A stretch of 64,000 bases of DNA. It comes from Azolla caroliniana. Its lineage: Eukaryota > Plantae > Polypodiophyta. Of this stretch, positions 36,636 through 49,664 are shown piece after piece. The notes below the pieces were generated by a model. It did not search any database and had not been told where the DNA came from. It worked only from the letters and a program-made list of their open reading frames with translations. The stretch covers positions 8,618,001 to 8,682,000 of the forward strand of contig JBHGNT010000010.1 of NCBI GenBank assembly GCA_043228905.1, given 5' to 3'. Positions within the stretch are counted from its first letter, which is position 1. Every line of letters starts with the position of its first letter. The translations under genes were made by a program, and so were the position numbers.

Positions 36636-39600
36636 TGTTAATCGTAGGGCCGAACAACAGCCTAACACAGGGTGTCCACTTAAGACACTTCACCAAAGGG
36701 TGTTACGGTAGGATGACTTACGACACAACGTTTAATTAGACCTTAATCAATTACTTAGCAACACATCATTAACACGTGTAAGATATAACAATGAGTACAG
36801 AACGGTAATCAATACTGAAAGATTAAGGCAATAAGCTCTATTAATTATCCGCTCTCGATTACATTGTAACCAAACCTTTATATAGGTCTCCGGTGCGAAA
36901 TACAAAATGGTACCAACCAACACCTATTCAGAATCGGTCTGGATCCGGATCGGCATACTGATTTCGGTCCGTCTGTCCACATCTTCTCATATATTAATAT
37001 ATATTAAGACTACTAATTACAACAGTTCCCGAATAAACTATTCCTTTCACACTCTGGTTTGGATCTCCTTAAGCCTTCTTGCCAACCGGGTAACACATGG
37101 CACGCCCGTGGGACAGTACCTTGTACGTCGAACCCATTATCTGACCCTGTTACACTTCGTCCAAAATGTCCAGAATGCTTTGCTCCAGAATTTCCAATGG
37201 CTCGTCGGGAATCTGTTGTTGTTCCTGTGGCTGTTGTTCCATTTGTGGCTGCTGCGGTGGTTGCTTTGTTTGTGCCTTCTCCGTTTCGGGCTGCTGCTCC
37301 GTTTGTTGCTCTGGCACCGGCGTTTCCTTCGCTGTCTCTTCCGTCGGAGTGGTCGTTGGCTGACTGATCCTGGCCTGGTCCCTGTCTGGTCCTTGTACCG
37401 GCGACGGTTCCTCATCACTAAGGTTGACCGTTGCCGCCTTCCTTGCTTTTTCTTCCCAGAGCCAGGACCGCTCATAGCTCTCAAACTGGATTTGAGCCTC
37501 CAACCGATCGTCGTCCAGTTGAGCTACGAGCTGCCGGACCTACACTAATTGTTCATCCGCCAAGGCTGTGAAATCTTCGGCTAGCTCATCCCTTATGGCG
37601 GTGAAGTCCTCCGATGTCAACGTATAACAGTCGTCACCCTCCTTTCGCCGGTTTTCCTCGTCTGCCCTGAGCAATTGGAGTTCAGCCGTGTACTTCGCCC
37701 ATTTCGTCCACCATCGCACAGAGCTCTCGTCAATCAAGCTTTTGGTCTTGGTGAGCCATGACCGGAGGATGCACTGGATCCGTTCGGTTCCCACCCGTGA
37801 TTTGTTCTCTGCGGCTTGTCGCTCCTCTTTCAATTGCTTGATGATTCAGACCGTGCCCGCCTCCTGCTCCCTATAATGCGACAATTGACTTTGATAGGTT
37901 GTTTGCAACCTCTGTAACACCATTGTCACCCTTTCCTTTTCTTCATGGTTCTGCTTGTGGAGCTCCATCCGGTCCATCGCCGCTTCCTCCAATAGCTTGG
38001 AACTCTCAGCTCGTTCGTCGGCGAGTGCCGTTGTGGCCCTATCAACTTCTTGCCGGAGCTCGGTCATCCGTTCCTGCTGTTGCTTATATTCCATCTCCAG
38101 CTGCTTGTAGTCTTGGTGCAGATGATCAAAATCATCGGTCTTCTGCTTCAGCCTTTGGTTGATTTGCCGGCGTGCACAGTCCTCCCGGTCCTTCTGTTGA
38201 CGGAGTTCTACCTTCAGCCTTTCGATTTCCGTCGCCGCCATCTGTCGCAGCTTGTCTTTCTCCTGCAAAAATTTCTCTTTTTCCTCCTTTAGCCGGTCGT
38301 ACGCGTGATTTCCTTTACGCAGGTTTTCCTCTGCCCAGCGGAGGTTCTCAGCAGTCTTCTTTAATTCTTCTTCGGCTGCCTTCTTGAAGTCGCGTTCGCG
38401 GCTACGTAATGCTTCTTGTGCAGCCAGTTCGTCTCGTAATTCCGCAAGGTCTTGGGCTTGCGCCGCATCTTTCTCCGAGACAATTTTTGTCCCCGGGGTC
38501 TTATTCATACGTACATCAACCAGAGTCACCGGTACTTGGATCTACCTTGCTGTTAAGGCCATTTTGGCCATGTCTCCTGTGATCCGATCCAAGTCTTGTT
38601 CGAGGCACCCGATCCTTGACCGGGCCGTCTCCAATTCATCGGTTGTGACGAGCAACTGTTCCGTTTGCACTCTTTCTTCCGCCTCTATGCATCCGACTAC
38701 TCCGGCAATTTGTTCTCCTATCCACCGGAGCCATTGGCTGCCGATGCACTGTTGTTGCGTCTGCACGGCGGGTTGGCTGATGGGTTCACTTGTTGGTAGC
38801 TAGTCCCGCCTTACTGCGTCGAGCTGCACTTCTGGTACTGCCTGTTGACCACTTTGCCATTCCGGCTCTAGCTGTGTTTCGGCTAGCCGCCCCTTGTCTG
38901 CTTGTTCTTGGCCGGCTGAGGAGGTTAGCCTTTGTATAACTTGCTCTTGAATTACGGGGCTTGCCGGTGCTACCTGTTGTGAAGGGACTTCTATGACCGG
39001 TTCCATCCGAACAGGTTCTGGTGCCTCCCTTGGCGTGGGATGCTCATTGTGAGTTGCGGGCATTCCATCCTTCTGTGGGTCCGAACACTTCCCGGCTGAT
39101 TCAGCGGTGCTCTTCACCGGCCGCCGTTGGAGGTGCTCCGTGGGTTCTTCCTCCATTTCCTCCGCCTGAGTCCCGGCATTCATTCTTGCCGCCAAGGTGT
39201 CCGTTTCTTGCTGCACCGGTCGGTGGAGTGGGCTCTTTAGGGGTCGTGCCGGTGTCTCCTCGTGTGTGTCCGTCGGCCGCTTCCGGTTGGCGCGCTCCTT
39301 TGCAGCCTTCTCTGCATCGACCGTCTTCTCCTTAGTGGCTTTGGAGGCCAACAACTATTGCCGTTTCGAAACAGGTTTCGGGGTGCCGTCCGTTGCTCTC
39401 CCCCGCTTCTTGGTCTGGACGGGCTCGACAGGTGGTGCCAATAGGGTGAGCCATTGCGTCACCGCATGCCATATTTTCTGGCCTTCCTTGCCGTCCTTTC
39501 CTCTTACGATATCAATAGCCGTACACAGCCCGTCGGCGATCAACACTGGCCAATCCACGTTGACCCCTTCATACGTCGCGATGATCAAGCCCGCTCGGTT

Positions 39601-40550
39601 CTGAGGCATAACGGGGGGTCAAGGGTATACGTGGCCAAACTCATGGAGTACACGGGCAATTTCGCGGAATAACATGTCTTCGTCGCCCTGTGTCCTGTAG
39701 CCTTTGCTAGCGAGAGAATACTCACCGAAATATTTGATGAGCTACTCGGAGGTAGGATTGTCGATCGTGTAGATGCCCCCCTCCAGAAGGCCTGTTAACG
39801 CACGGATCGCCTCCTCCGTGATCACCTCTATGTCGATTTCTTTGATAATCTTTTCGGCCTCCTTGTGTGGCGCCGCCTCCATGATCGTCAAGAAACCCTC
39901 CAGTCTGTGTTGCCGTAGCCATTTCTTGGCGGCTTCAGACAATGTTTGGCAATCCATCTCTGCGTCGAGGTCGGAGAGTGTTGGCGAGGTTTGATGGTGG
40001 GGAGAGTGTGAGAGAGCAAGTTTTGAGTGAGGGGGTTCTCTGTGCGCCAATCTCTACGATTGATCTTCACGCGTCTGTCTGCGTCTGTTCTCCTTGGTTC
40101 ACGAAAGGAGAAGGTCTCGATGCGTGGGGGTTTTTCTCTCTGCATCTTGGCGTCTTTTCGAGACTATGCATGTGCAGGTCGTGTACTATAATAGTATTAC
40201 GTGCCATGTGGCGGTGGTTTAATGTCCTATTCATAGCCTCCTCGTACATTTCCGAAGTGCCTCTTTACTCCTCGTCTGCATGGTCGTTCCCACCACTCCT
40301 TTCCATGATTTCTTTGATTCCATTCGATTTTTTTATTTTTTTTATTTTTATTTATTTTTATTTATTTTATTATTATTATTTATTTTAATTAACTCTGTGG
40401 TTAATTTTTCTCCGGTCCTAACGGACCCTTACCCGAAATGTGCACCTTGCCGGTCTCTTGACGGTTCGCCGTTGTTTTGCTTTCCCCGGTTGCTGGCTCG
40501 TGCTCCTCCTTACCGGCTTGGTGGTAGCCGTTTTCCTCACGGGTTGCCGT
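36636..40550 (-). mobile_element. 3' part of an LTR element (LTR 36636-37095 plus long extra ORF), related to the outer element
   Basis: TGTTA...TAACA LTR with CCTATATAAAGG on the minus strand; its end (CCTACGATTAACA) resembles the 62110 end; ORF homologous to 57157. Confidence 0.75.
37150..40050 (-). pseudogene. Retrotransposon extra ORF: conserved N-terminal domain plus long coiled coil
   Basis: ORF pieces 39742-40050, 39355-39609, 38800-39354, 38542-38766, 37846-38529, 37540-37833 and 37150-37503. Confidence 0.75.
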
Positions 40551-40559
40551 CGTGGTTGG

Positions 40560-43500
40560 CTTGCCGCCTATTCTAGTTCATAGGTATGCACCGCTCTCGC
40601 CACCATTAATCACTCCACACACACCATCCTATTCGACTCTGGTAGTAGTATCTCTTCAATTAGCACCGCCTTAGTTCACCAATTAGGCCTCCCCACAACC
40701 ATCGCTCCTTCCATCCAAGTCATTTTTGGCGATCTCCAACATCTTTACCACTCTCGCACGCAAGCCCATTGCACCGTTACCTTAGGCACTCTCACATTCT
40801 CACCCCACTTTTATGTCTTGCCCCACCAACTCTTCCCCCTCACCTTAGGTTGCGATTGGCTCCTCAAGCATCGCGCTATGATTGATTTCGATGCTCACAA
40901 ATTGATTGTCCCACAAGCTCCCCCTATCCCCCTCCTCCACGATAGCCCCCATGTCCCCCACCTCAGCCAAGTCCAAGTGGCGCTCAGTCCCAAGGAGCGG
41001 TTAATCTCTGTCCGCCAATTGTTAGCTCGTTTTCCATCACTAGCCCCCCAACCCACGCATGCCGCTACTGTCTCTTTCCCGGTACAACATGTCATTCGTA
41101 CCGGGGATGGCGCTCCCATCCGCATGGCTACACACCGACGTTCCTCCCTCGACCATGATCGCATCGATGCTGCCGTTACCGATATGCTCACCAAAGGTAT
41201 TATCATTCCTTCCACTAGTGATTGGGTTTCGGAACCCCACCTCGTCAAGAAGGATGATGGCACCTTCCGCTTTTGCATCAACTTTAGGCCTCTCAACAAA
41301 GTGATGATCCATGACCGCTACCCGCTCCCTCCTGTGGACGACCTCTTGGAGCAGCTCGGGGGCTCCCGTTATTTCCCCTCCCTCGACTTAACCTCGGGAT
41401 ATTGGCAGATTCCCTTAAAGCCGTCTGACGCCCACAAGACCGCATTTCGCACACGATGCGGCCTGTTCCAGTTCACCCGCATGCCGTTTGGCCTGTCTGA
41501 CGTCGGCAGCACATTCCAACACATGGCAAACTCCATCTTTGCTGACCTTATCAATAAAGGCGTCCTCCTTGTTTATCTCGACGACATCCTTATCCACACG
41601 ACCACTTGGGAGGATCATCTACAAACTCTCGTTGAAGTCCTCACTTGCATAACTAAGCATAACTTGCAACTCCAATGGAAGAAGTGTAGATGGGGAAGCA
41701 CCAACCTCCGTTTTCTCGGCTTCATCATCTCTAGCGATGGAATCCGTATGGACCCTCCAAAGGCAGCTGCCATCACCGACTACCCCCGCCCCACCTCAAT
41801 AAAAAAATTGCAACGTTTTTTGGGCATGATGACCTTTTCCCTTCGCTTCATCCCGAACCTCTCCTTGGTCACTTTCCCCCTCCGTTATCTCCTAAAGAAA
41901 GGTGTGTCATTCGTTTGGGATCCTGCTTGCGAAGACAACTTTCGTCGCCTCAAAACAATGGTCCAGGAATCAGGGTTGCTCGCCCATCCTAACTTTGACC
42001 AACCGTTTACATTGCAGATAGATGCCTCTAACCATGGGTTAGGAGCCGTCCTCCTACAAACTAATTGCCACGGAACTACAAGAGAAGGCGGTCGCCTTCA
42101 TTAGCCGAACTCTCATGCCGGCGGAACGGAACTACTCAAGCACTGAGAAGGAACTACTTGCGATTGTCTGGTCTTTCCAGCGTCTTCACCCATACCTTCA
42201 TGGCAGGCTGGTTACGGTTGAGACTGACCACCAGCCCTTACTTTCTCTGATTCATCGACCTCACCCCCCGGGCTGTTTGTTGCAATGGACATTGGCACTT
42301 CAAGATTATTAGTTTACCCTCTCCTATCAAAAAGGTGTAACCAATTTGGTCGTCGATAGTCGAGTCTCTCGCGCCGATTTCCAAGTTGTCCAATTTCTAC
42401 TCGCGACATCTGACCTTCCAGTACCACTACCACAACTCGCTACACTTCAGCAACACGACCCCGCCATCTGAGAGATAACCCATCAGTTGCGCTCCCTCCA
42501 ACCATTTCCCTCACAACGACGGTTCATGCTCCGCGATAACTTGGTGTTCTTCATTCAGGCGCATCACGAGCCGCGTCTCTACATCCCTCATGCCCTACAA
42601 TAGACGTATCTCCAATTTTATCACGACCACCCATTGTCGGGTCATCTGGGTTTCCACAAGGTTCTTGAAAAATTACGTCTCAAGTATTATTGGCCCAACA
42701 TTCGACACTCTGACTCTACCTACATCAACCAATGTGCTTTGTGTCAACACATCAAACCCGCAAGCAGGCCCGCCGGAACGCTCCAACCCATCACCGTCAG
42801 ATCGCCTTTCGAGCTCGTCGGATGGGATTTCATGGGACCTTTTCCCGAAACCCCCAGTGGCAACAACTATATCCTGGTCATAACAGAATACCTCACCAGA
42901 TGGGCTGAAATTGTTGCCATCCCTGACGTCACTGCGCCAACAGTCGCATCCCAACTTTTGCACAAGGTAATTTTTCAACATGGTTGCCCTGTCCAACTCT
43001 TATCTGATCTGGGCCGCCAGTTCCATGGGGATGTCCTCAATGCGGTTGCAACTCAACTAGGTGTCCAACAGGTGTTTACATCCCCGTACCATCCACAAAC
43101 AAACGGCCTCACCGAACGCCTCAACAAGACCCTCAAGTAGGAGATTTCCGCTTACATCGATCCAGGCCAGAAAACCTGGGATCAAATCTTGCCTTTCGTC
43201 ACCCACGCCTACAATACATCCATTCAAGCGTCAACACGAATCAACCCTTTTCGAGCACTCTATGGGCGTGACCCTCGGCTCCCACCAGAACCGTCCATTG
43301 ACATCCATTCCAAACCTACCAACATGGATGGTGCCACTTGGGGACTCTATCTCCAACAACTGCTACCTCTCCTTCGACAAGCAAGCTCTCGAAACCTACA
43401 AGTCGCACAACAATGCCAAAAGCGACACTACGACGTGGGTCGAATTACCCCAACTTACATGGGTCCTTGTTTACTTCCCGGTCCAGCGGCACGGTCTCAG

Positions 43501-43906
43501 CGAATCACTCATGCACCGATGGATCAGCCCATTCACCGTGGTTCGTGCAATTAAATCCACGACTTACTTGCTCTGACGCGATTCCAATGGTCGCTTCACC
43601 TCCGCCCATGTTGCCCGCATCAAGCCCTATGCTACCCCAAGCCCATCTTCTAGCGCTCGTCCTTTCCCCATGTCGTAAAAATCCTTGTTTCTCTCAGGGG
43701 GGAAATGTGGTGTCCCTTGGATGCAAGTGCATGCCTTCATGTTGGGTGTGCATGTGTTCCTTTGTGCCCCTTTTAGCATACCCTTGTTAGGACGCATGTA
43801 GCTAAGTAGAGCCAACCCAAATGGGTACCTTTGTACGACTATAAATTGAATAGGAAGTAAGAAGCTAAGCAAGCTGCTTTTGGATTCCATTTATGTGCAT
43901 TTCACA
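40560..43906 (+). mobile_element. 5'-truncated Gypsy element (PR-RT-RH-INT, PPT, 201-bp 3' LTR)
   Basis: ILFDSGSS protease; YLDDILI RT; DASNHGLG RNase H; YHPQTNGLTER integrase; PPT AGGGGGGAAA ~43696-43705; LTR 43706-43906. Confidence 0.9.
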
Positions 43907-44039
43907 GTATGTTATTAACATTATAAAGGTTTATTTTATTTTCATTACGTATTTATCGTATTGTAGACTTTTAATGTGAAGCTTTCGTACTTCACAACAT
44001 CCACCCCCTCAAGACCTGCGCATCCTCCGGCATGTGGCA

Positions 44040-47000
44040 CTATCTTTCATCTTCATGTTGATGTATTGGAGGAGGTTCAAGCTCAAACCTTTTCTTAAAT
44101 ACTTTTATCCTCTTTCCAGCTACCACGTTTAGGATTAGTGTCCCATCCAATTCACTAAGCTTATAAGTAAAGTTAGCATATACTTTTCTTACTACGTAAG
44201 GCCCAAAGCATCTTTCAGCAAACTTGCGGACCGTGCTATGTTGATTATCTAAACTGCTATCATACACAAGTACCCAATCCCCTTCTTCTATCTTCTTATG
44301 TTGAATTTTGTGAGTTTTATCAAAACGAATTTTATTCTTCAATCGAGCCTCCAAAATCGTTGGGCTACTAATTCTACATCTTCAGGCCGACGCTCTAATT
44401 GTTGAATTCGCAAAGCCAACAATTCTTCTCTGCTCAACTCTTCTCTCCATGGAATAGATGTCCATGACATAATTGACCCTTCTATTGGCATGATGGGCTT
44501 TTGGCCAAGTATCAATTCAGCTGACATATATCCTATTACCGAACTATGTGTTGTTCGATATGCCCATAGTGCATACGGTAGCATGCGTGGCCAATCTCTT
44601 ATTTTACCTTTACAACTTTTCACGATTGCCTTAACTATTGGGCTATGTCCTCTTTCAATCTTCCCATTGGCTTCTGGATTATATGCAGTTGTAAGTGATA
44701 ATTTGACCCCTATCTGGCTAAAGAATTCTCTAGCTTCATGAAAGTCAAGTTCTCCTCTATCTGCAATTATTTTACCAACACACCCATAACGACATATTAC
44801 ATCTTCTAAAAATAATTTACATACAACTCTAGTTGTTTTTTGTCGTAGTGGTCTTCCTTCTATTTGGTTTGTAAGGTCTTCTCTTGCTAGTACTAAATAT
44901 CGCATTTGACCTTCCTCAAGTGGCATTGTCACTAGATCAACCATCCATTTATAATGCATTGATGATGAATATGTTGGTTTTAACTCATCTCGATATCGAA
45001 TAGTTGAATACCTTTGACACATTTCACAAGTTTCCACAAATTTCATTACATCTTTATACATATGTGGCCACCAATACTTCTCTTTTAACTTCATAAATGT
45101 CGCCCATATGCCTCTATGTCCTGCCCACAAACTATCATGAAATTCAGTCATTAATTTGCTTTTAATATCATCCTTACAAATGACTCGAAGAGGATTTTCA
45201 GTTGGCCTTTTTGGGCGCCGCCATAGATGCCCTTCATATAAAAAAATTTGAATTCTCTTCTTCGAAATTCATTTAGTTGTTTCTTTGACCATGATGGGTT
45301 GGCTTCTTGATTCTTTAAAAAGTTTCCTATTTCTAACCATTTTCCTTCATATTCTGTGTCTTTGAACATTGTGCTTACATTAAACTCATCATGAGGCTTA
45401 CTAGATATTTGATGAGCAACTCGATGGCTTGTAGTTGCCCAATTCTTATCTTCAGTTTGCATCACATTTTCATTTATGAACCTTGCCCTTGACAGCATAT
45501 CTGCAACTGGGTTGTCTTTTCCCTTTACATGCCGCAATTCTGGGTTCATGGTTCTGATGTATGCAATCCACCGAAACATTGCAATATCTAGTGTCGTGCA
45601 ACTTGCTACCATTCCGATGAGTGGCAAACAATCAGTTTCAACCACTACATTTGCTCCGATCAAGTAATCTCTATCTGTTTTTTAATGCAGTAAGCAAACC
45701 CCACAATTCTCATTTAACTTGTACATAATTTCTTTGTCTATCCTTTAATATCTTTGCTCCAAACCTGATAGCATATTGATGTTGGTCTTCATCTTCTTGG
45801 TTGATAACCCAACCGATCCCAATTGGGATAGTATCAATTGTCACTATAATTGGTTTTTCACCTTTGTAGTCTAGTTGACGAAGAACTGGAGCTTTCAATA
45901 ATGCTTCTTTCAGCTGTTGAACAACTTGTGTATGTTCATCAGTCCAAATAAACTTCTTCCCTTTTCTTAAAAGTTGGTAGAGAGGATCTGAGACACGTGC
46001 AAAGTGTGGTAACCAAATATGATAAAACACACATGCACCCAAAAATCTTCTCACCTCTGTTACTGAGTCGCAAACTTCCTTCATATTTTGTATTGCGTTA
46101 ATTTTGATCGGTGAGGGCTTCCTCCCATACCACCCACACATATGACCAACTATTAGAACTTCGTTTTGCCCAAAGTTAGACTTTGTTCTTGATAGTGTCA
46201 AATGTACCTGCTCAAGCTTATTTAAAATACTTTCACAATCATTAATGTGATCAATCACAAACTTTCTGCAACCATTTCCAACCATAGTCTCATCTTTCTC
46301 TCTTTCTAAGCATCCCTTAATAGGAATATCATCTAAAAATGGCATAGTTACCTTTGGGATGTACTCATGTAGAACCTTGTTCATTGCATTCATCATATGA
46401 GCAACTGAATTTGTCGCATCTTGAGGTAGAGTGCACATTCGAACCAACCCAATTGGTGTTTTCATTGTTGTGATATTGTGACTATCAATTGTTAGTTGAA
46501 ATTGGTCATATCCTGAATATAGGTCTCCCATAGAGCAAATTGCTCTCCCAGCATAAGCTTCCGCAAATTCATCACCGATCGGGCCGATTCCTGCATTTCG
46601 GATTGTGACTTTGTTGACTGGTTGTAGATCTTGAATGAATCTTAGAGAACCATCTTTCTTTGGAACTGTGAACCATCGGTTGGAGTATGGTGCATTTGAA
46701 GGCTCTAAAATCTTCATCTTGACTTTATCCTTCAACAACTCCAACAATTGAGGTAATCGAGCTCTTGGTACTGCAATAGGTTTAAAATTCCAAGGAATAT
46801 GAGGGATAGTAAATATCACCATTGGTGTTACCACCTTTGGATCTACACAACCAATCTCCTCGGCTTTGAATGCGAACGCTTTCCCATGCCTAAAGATCAT
46901 GTCTTTGAAAGTCATGATCTCCGATTGTAGAAGAAATGCACCCCCTCCGACTCTTAAGTTATTTATTGTATCCGAAGTGCAGTGATGTTCAATCTTCTCT

Positions 47001-47569
47001 ATTGGTTGAAGCATAGGCTCAATTGATGTTGCCTTTATCTTCTCTTCGCTACCAATAGGTAATGGTACTACAACAGGTTTAATCTTTTTATCTATTGTTT
47101 TATATTTTGTGTTACATAAACCTTCTACTTCTTCATATTTACAAGTATACTTATCAATTTCATAATACATATCAATTGAGTTTACATGTATCTTTCTAAC
47201 ATTCTCATCATCTTCTTTCAAATACACTTCTAACTCTTCTAAAGTATTTGCAAAAGAAATATCTTCCATAACACTTTCAATCTGCTCTTCCATTTCAAGT
47301 ACTCCATTATCCTTCAATGTCTGCTGAAACAGATTAACATTCTTTTTCAAGTTCCTCTTGCATTCATACATCCTAGTCACACATATAGCACCACTTTCAG
47401 AAACATGAAATGACTTATACATATGTTGTAATGCCCTATATGAGGGTCTTTTAATAATGGGACTATTGCAACCCTCACTCACAATAGTCCTAGTCAAAAA
47501 CCTGATTATCAAAATCATCACAATCCTTTGGTATTGAATGATCACGAAGCTCTTGCTTGTTCCTCTCAT
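44040..47569 (-). pseudogene. pol: Gypsy RT-RNase H-integrase
   Basis: RFIQDLQPVN, DLYSGYDQF, PFLDDIPI, ETDCLPL, TAYNPEANGKIERGH, GPY. Confidence 0.9.
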
Positions 47570-49664
47570 GATTTGGGCGAACTGTCATAAATTGTACAGT
47601 TCGTCGTCCATCTTGGCTACGGATTTTCGCATAGGCAGAACCATTGTCGAGGACTTTGGTCTCCATCTGTACCGTTGTAATGTATGGTTGCCCCAAGATT
47701 ATTGGATAGGTAGATCCTTCCTGTACAAAGAAATGTTGATCTACCTCTATATCACCAATAGTAACCTTTACATTTGGGCATGCACCAAATAAATCTTCCG
47801 TGACTGATGTGGCAGCTTTTACTTGCCAACCATGTTGAGTATCAATTGGCCATCTACCTTTCTTGTAAAAATCAGCACTCATTATATTTATTTTAGAACC
47901 ATGATGAATAAGTGCCATCACGGGGTCTGGAACATTTCCAATCTTCACACGATGCTCAATAGTGGCTCTTGCCCAACATTTGCGAGAGTAATGGCTTCTT
48001 ACATCTATTGAATTTATCATTGAGGTCGATGCATGTTGAGAGTCAACAATGATATTGTTTGACTCGTTGCTCACCACTTCATATGCCACCTTCGGATTTC
48101 TCTCTTTCACCTGCTCATTTACTTGCTTCTTTCTTCGCACAATACCAATTATTTCATCATGAAATTCCTTTTTTGCAATACCTAACACTTCTCTTAGTGT
48201 CAATTCTACTTGACTGTCGAGTATTCTTGTTTCTAAACCTTTCTTTAAATCTATATCCTTTTCAATATGAGACATTAATTTGAATGAAGGACCAGATTTA
48301 CCTTTTTCGACTTTTGCGTCCATCTCTTTTCTTTTGCTTTCTCTTGTCTCATGCTTTTTTGTTGAGCCAATCTCATCGTCCGACCTTTTCCTTTTTTCTT
48401 CCACTATCACCTCATGCTCTTGGTGTTCTGCCATCTGAGCATAGACCGTCATAGCATCTACTGGAACATCCCATCCAGTGCTTTTCCTTATAGAATCTCC
48501 AACAACACAAAGGTCTTCCATCTTCATCTTTTGCTTTTGTGCAGTACTTACAACCTTCTCCCAGAATGATGATCGGGATGGCATGTCATCGAGGCGCATT
48601 CCTACCATTGCCGAGTAGTACATTGCGGAAGCCTTCTTTGCTTCAGCTTCTTCAAATTTAACCTTAACACCACCATCACCAAAGCTCTTTGTAAGTGGAC
48701 TTCTAGTTTCAGTTAAATAAATGTTACCATTTTTCCAATACACCAAGTCTCGATTTTCCATGTCTTTATATTCTTCACAATCACGTAGACGATGTTCGAG
48801 ACTATCGCACCACATGCATCGGGGTCGAAATGGTTCCCTTGACCTCAAAGTTTGACCATTCTCAAGCTTTGCCACTTAAATTGTTAGATCTTTCATACTT
48901 TGAACTAAATAATCAAGAAAAGATTCACTCTTAGTTTCAATCATTTCTCGTGGTTGATGGACCATTTCGTGTGACGGTTCTCGAACAAGTCTTTGAACTT
49001 CGATGTTTTGCTCAAGCCGATTTGTGATTCCTATAGGTGAAATTTGCAACATTGCACCATTCCTTTGCATTCTTTTCATAAATTTATTACAAGCATTTGT
49101 TACCTCATTCCAATCTGCAGTTATACCATCCTCGGTATTTGGTACTTCAAGCATAAATTCCAATTCTTTTCTATATCTCTTGTCAACTGCCTGCAAAAAT
49201 AAAGCAACCTTTTGCCAAGACAAAGAATTTCTTTCTTCTGGATTTAAGTGTCCATACAATCTATCAAACTCTTTTTTCGTGTCAGCCACAGATAATCCTT
49301 TATTTTCTTTTAGGACCCATTCATGGAATGAACGCATAGTAACGTAAGAGAAATCCTCACGAGCATATTCAGACACAAGGGCTTCTTTGAATGCCTTCCA
49401 ATCCAAACTATGCAATGTTTGTATTTCATGAATTCTATCTCTTAATTCCATGTCCACTAATTTATAAAAGTTTGCTATCATATTGACTTCATTCATACCA
49501 GACATTTCCATTTCATCATAATATATATTCACATACTTCGAAATATTTGTGCCATCAAACATACCAATCTTCTCTCGAACTTCTCGTAAGGCATGAATTA
49601 ATCGATCTTGATTCAACTTTTCAATAAACAACATTACCGGATCCATTGTACTCATACTTGCCAT
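47490..49664 (-). pseudogene. gag: Gypsy gag-protease
   Basis: CMWCDSLEHRLRDC knuckle; protease with mutated active site; one in-frame stop at 48876-48878. Confidence 0.85.

Noticed and set aside
37846-38529. Host SMC/myosin-like gene
   Set aside because: It lies inside an LTR element, is interrupted by stops and has a counterpart in another element at 57-59 kb.
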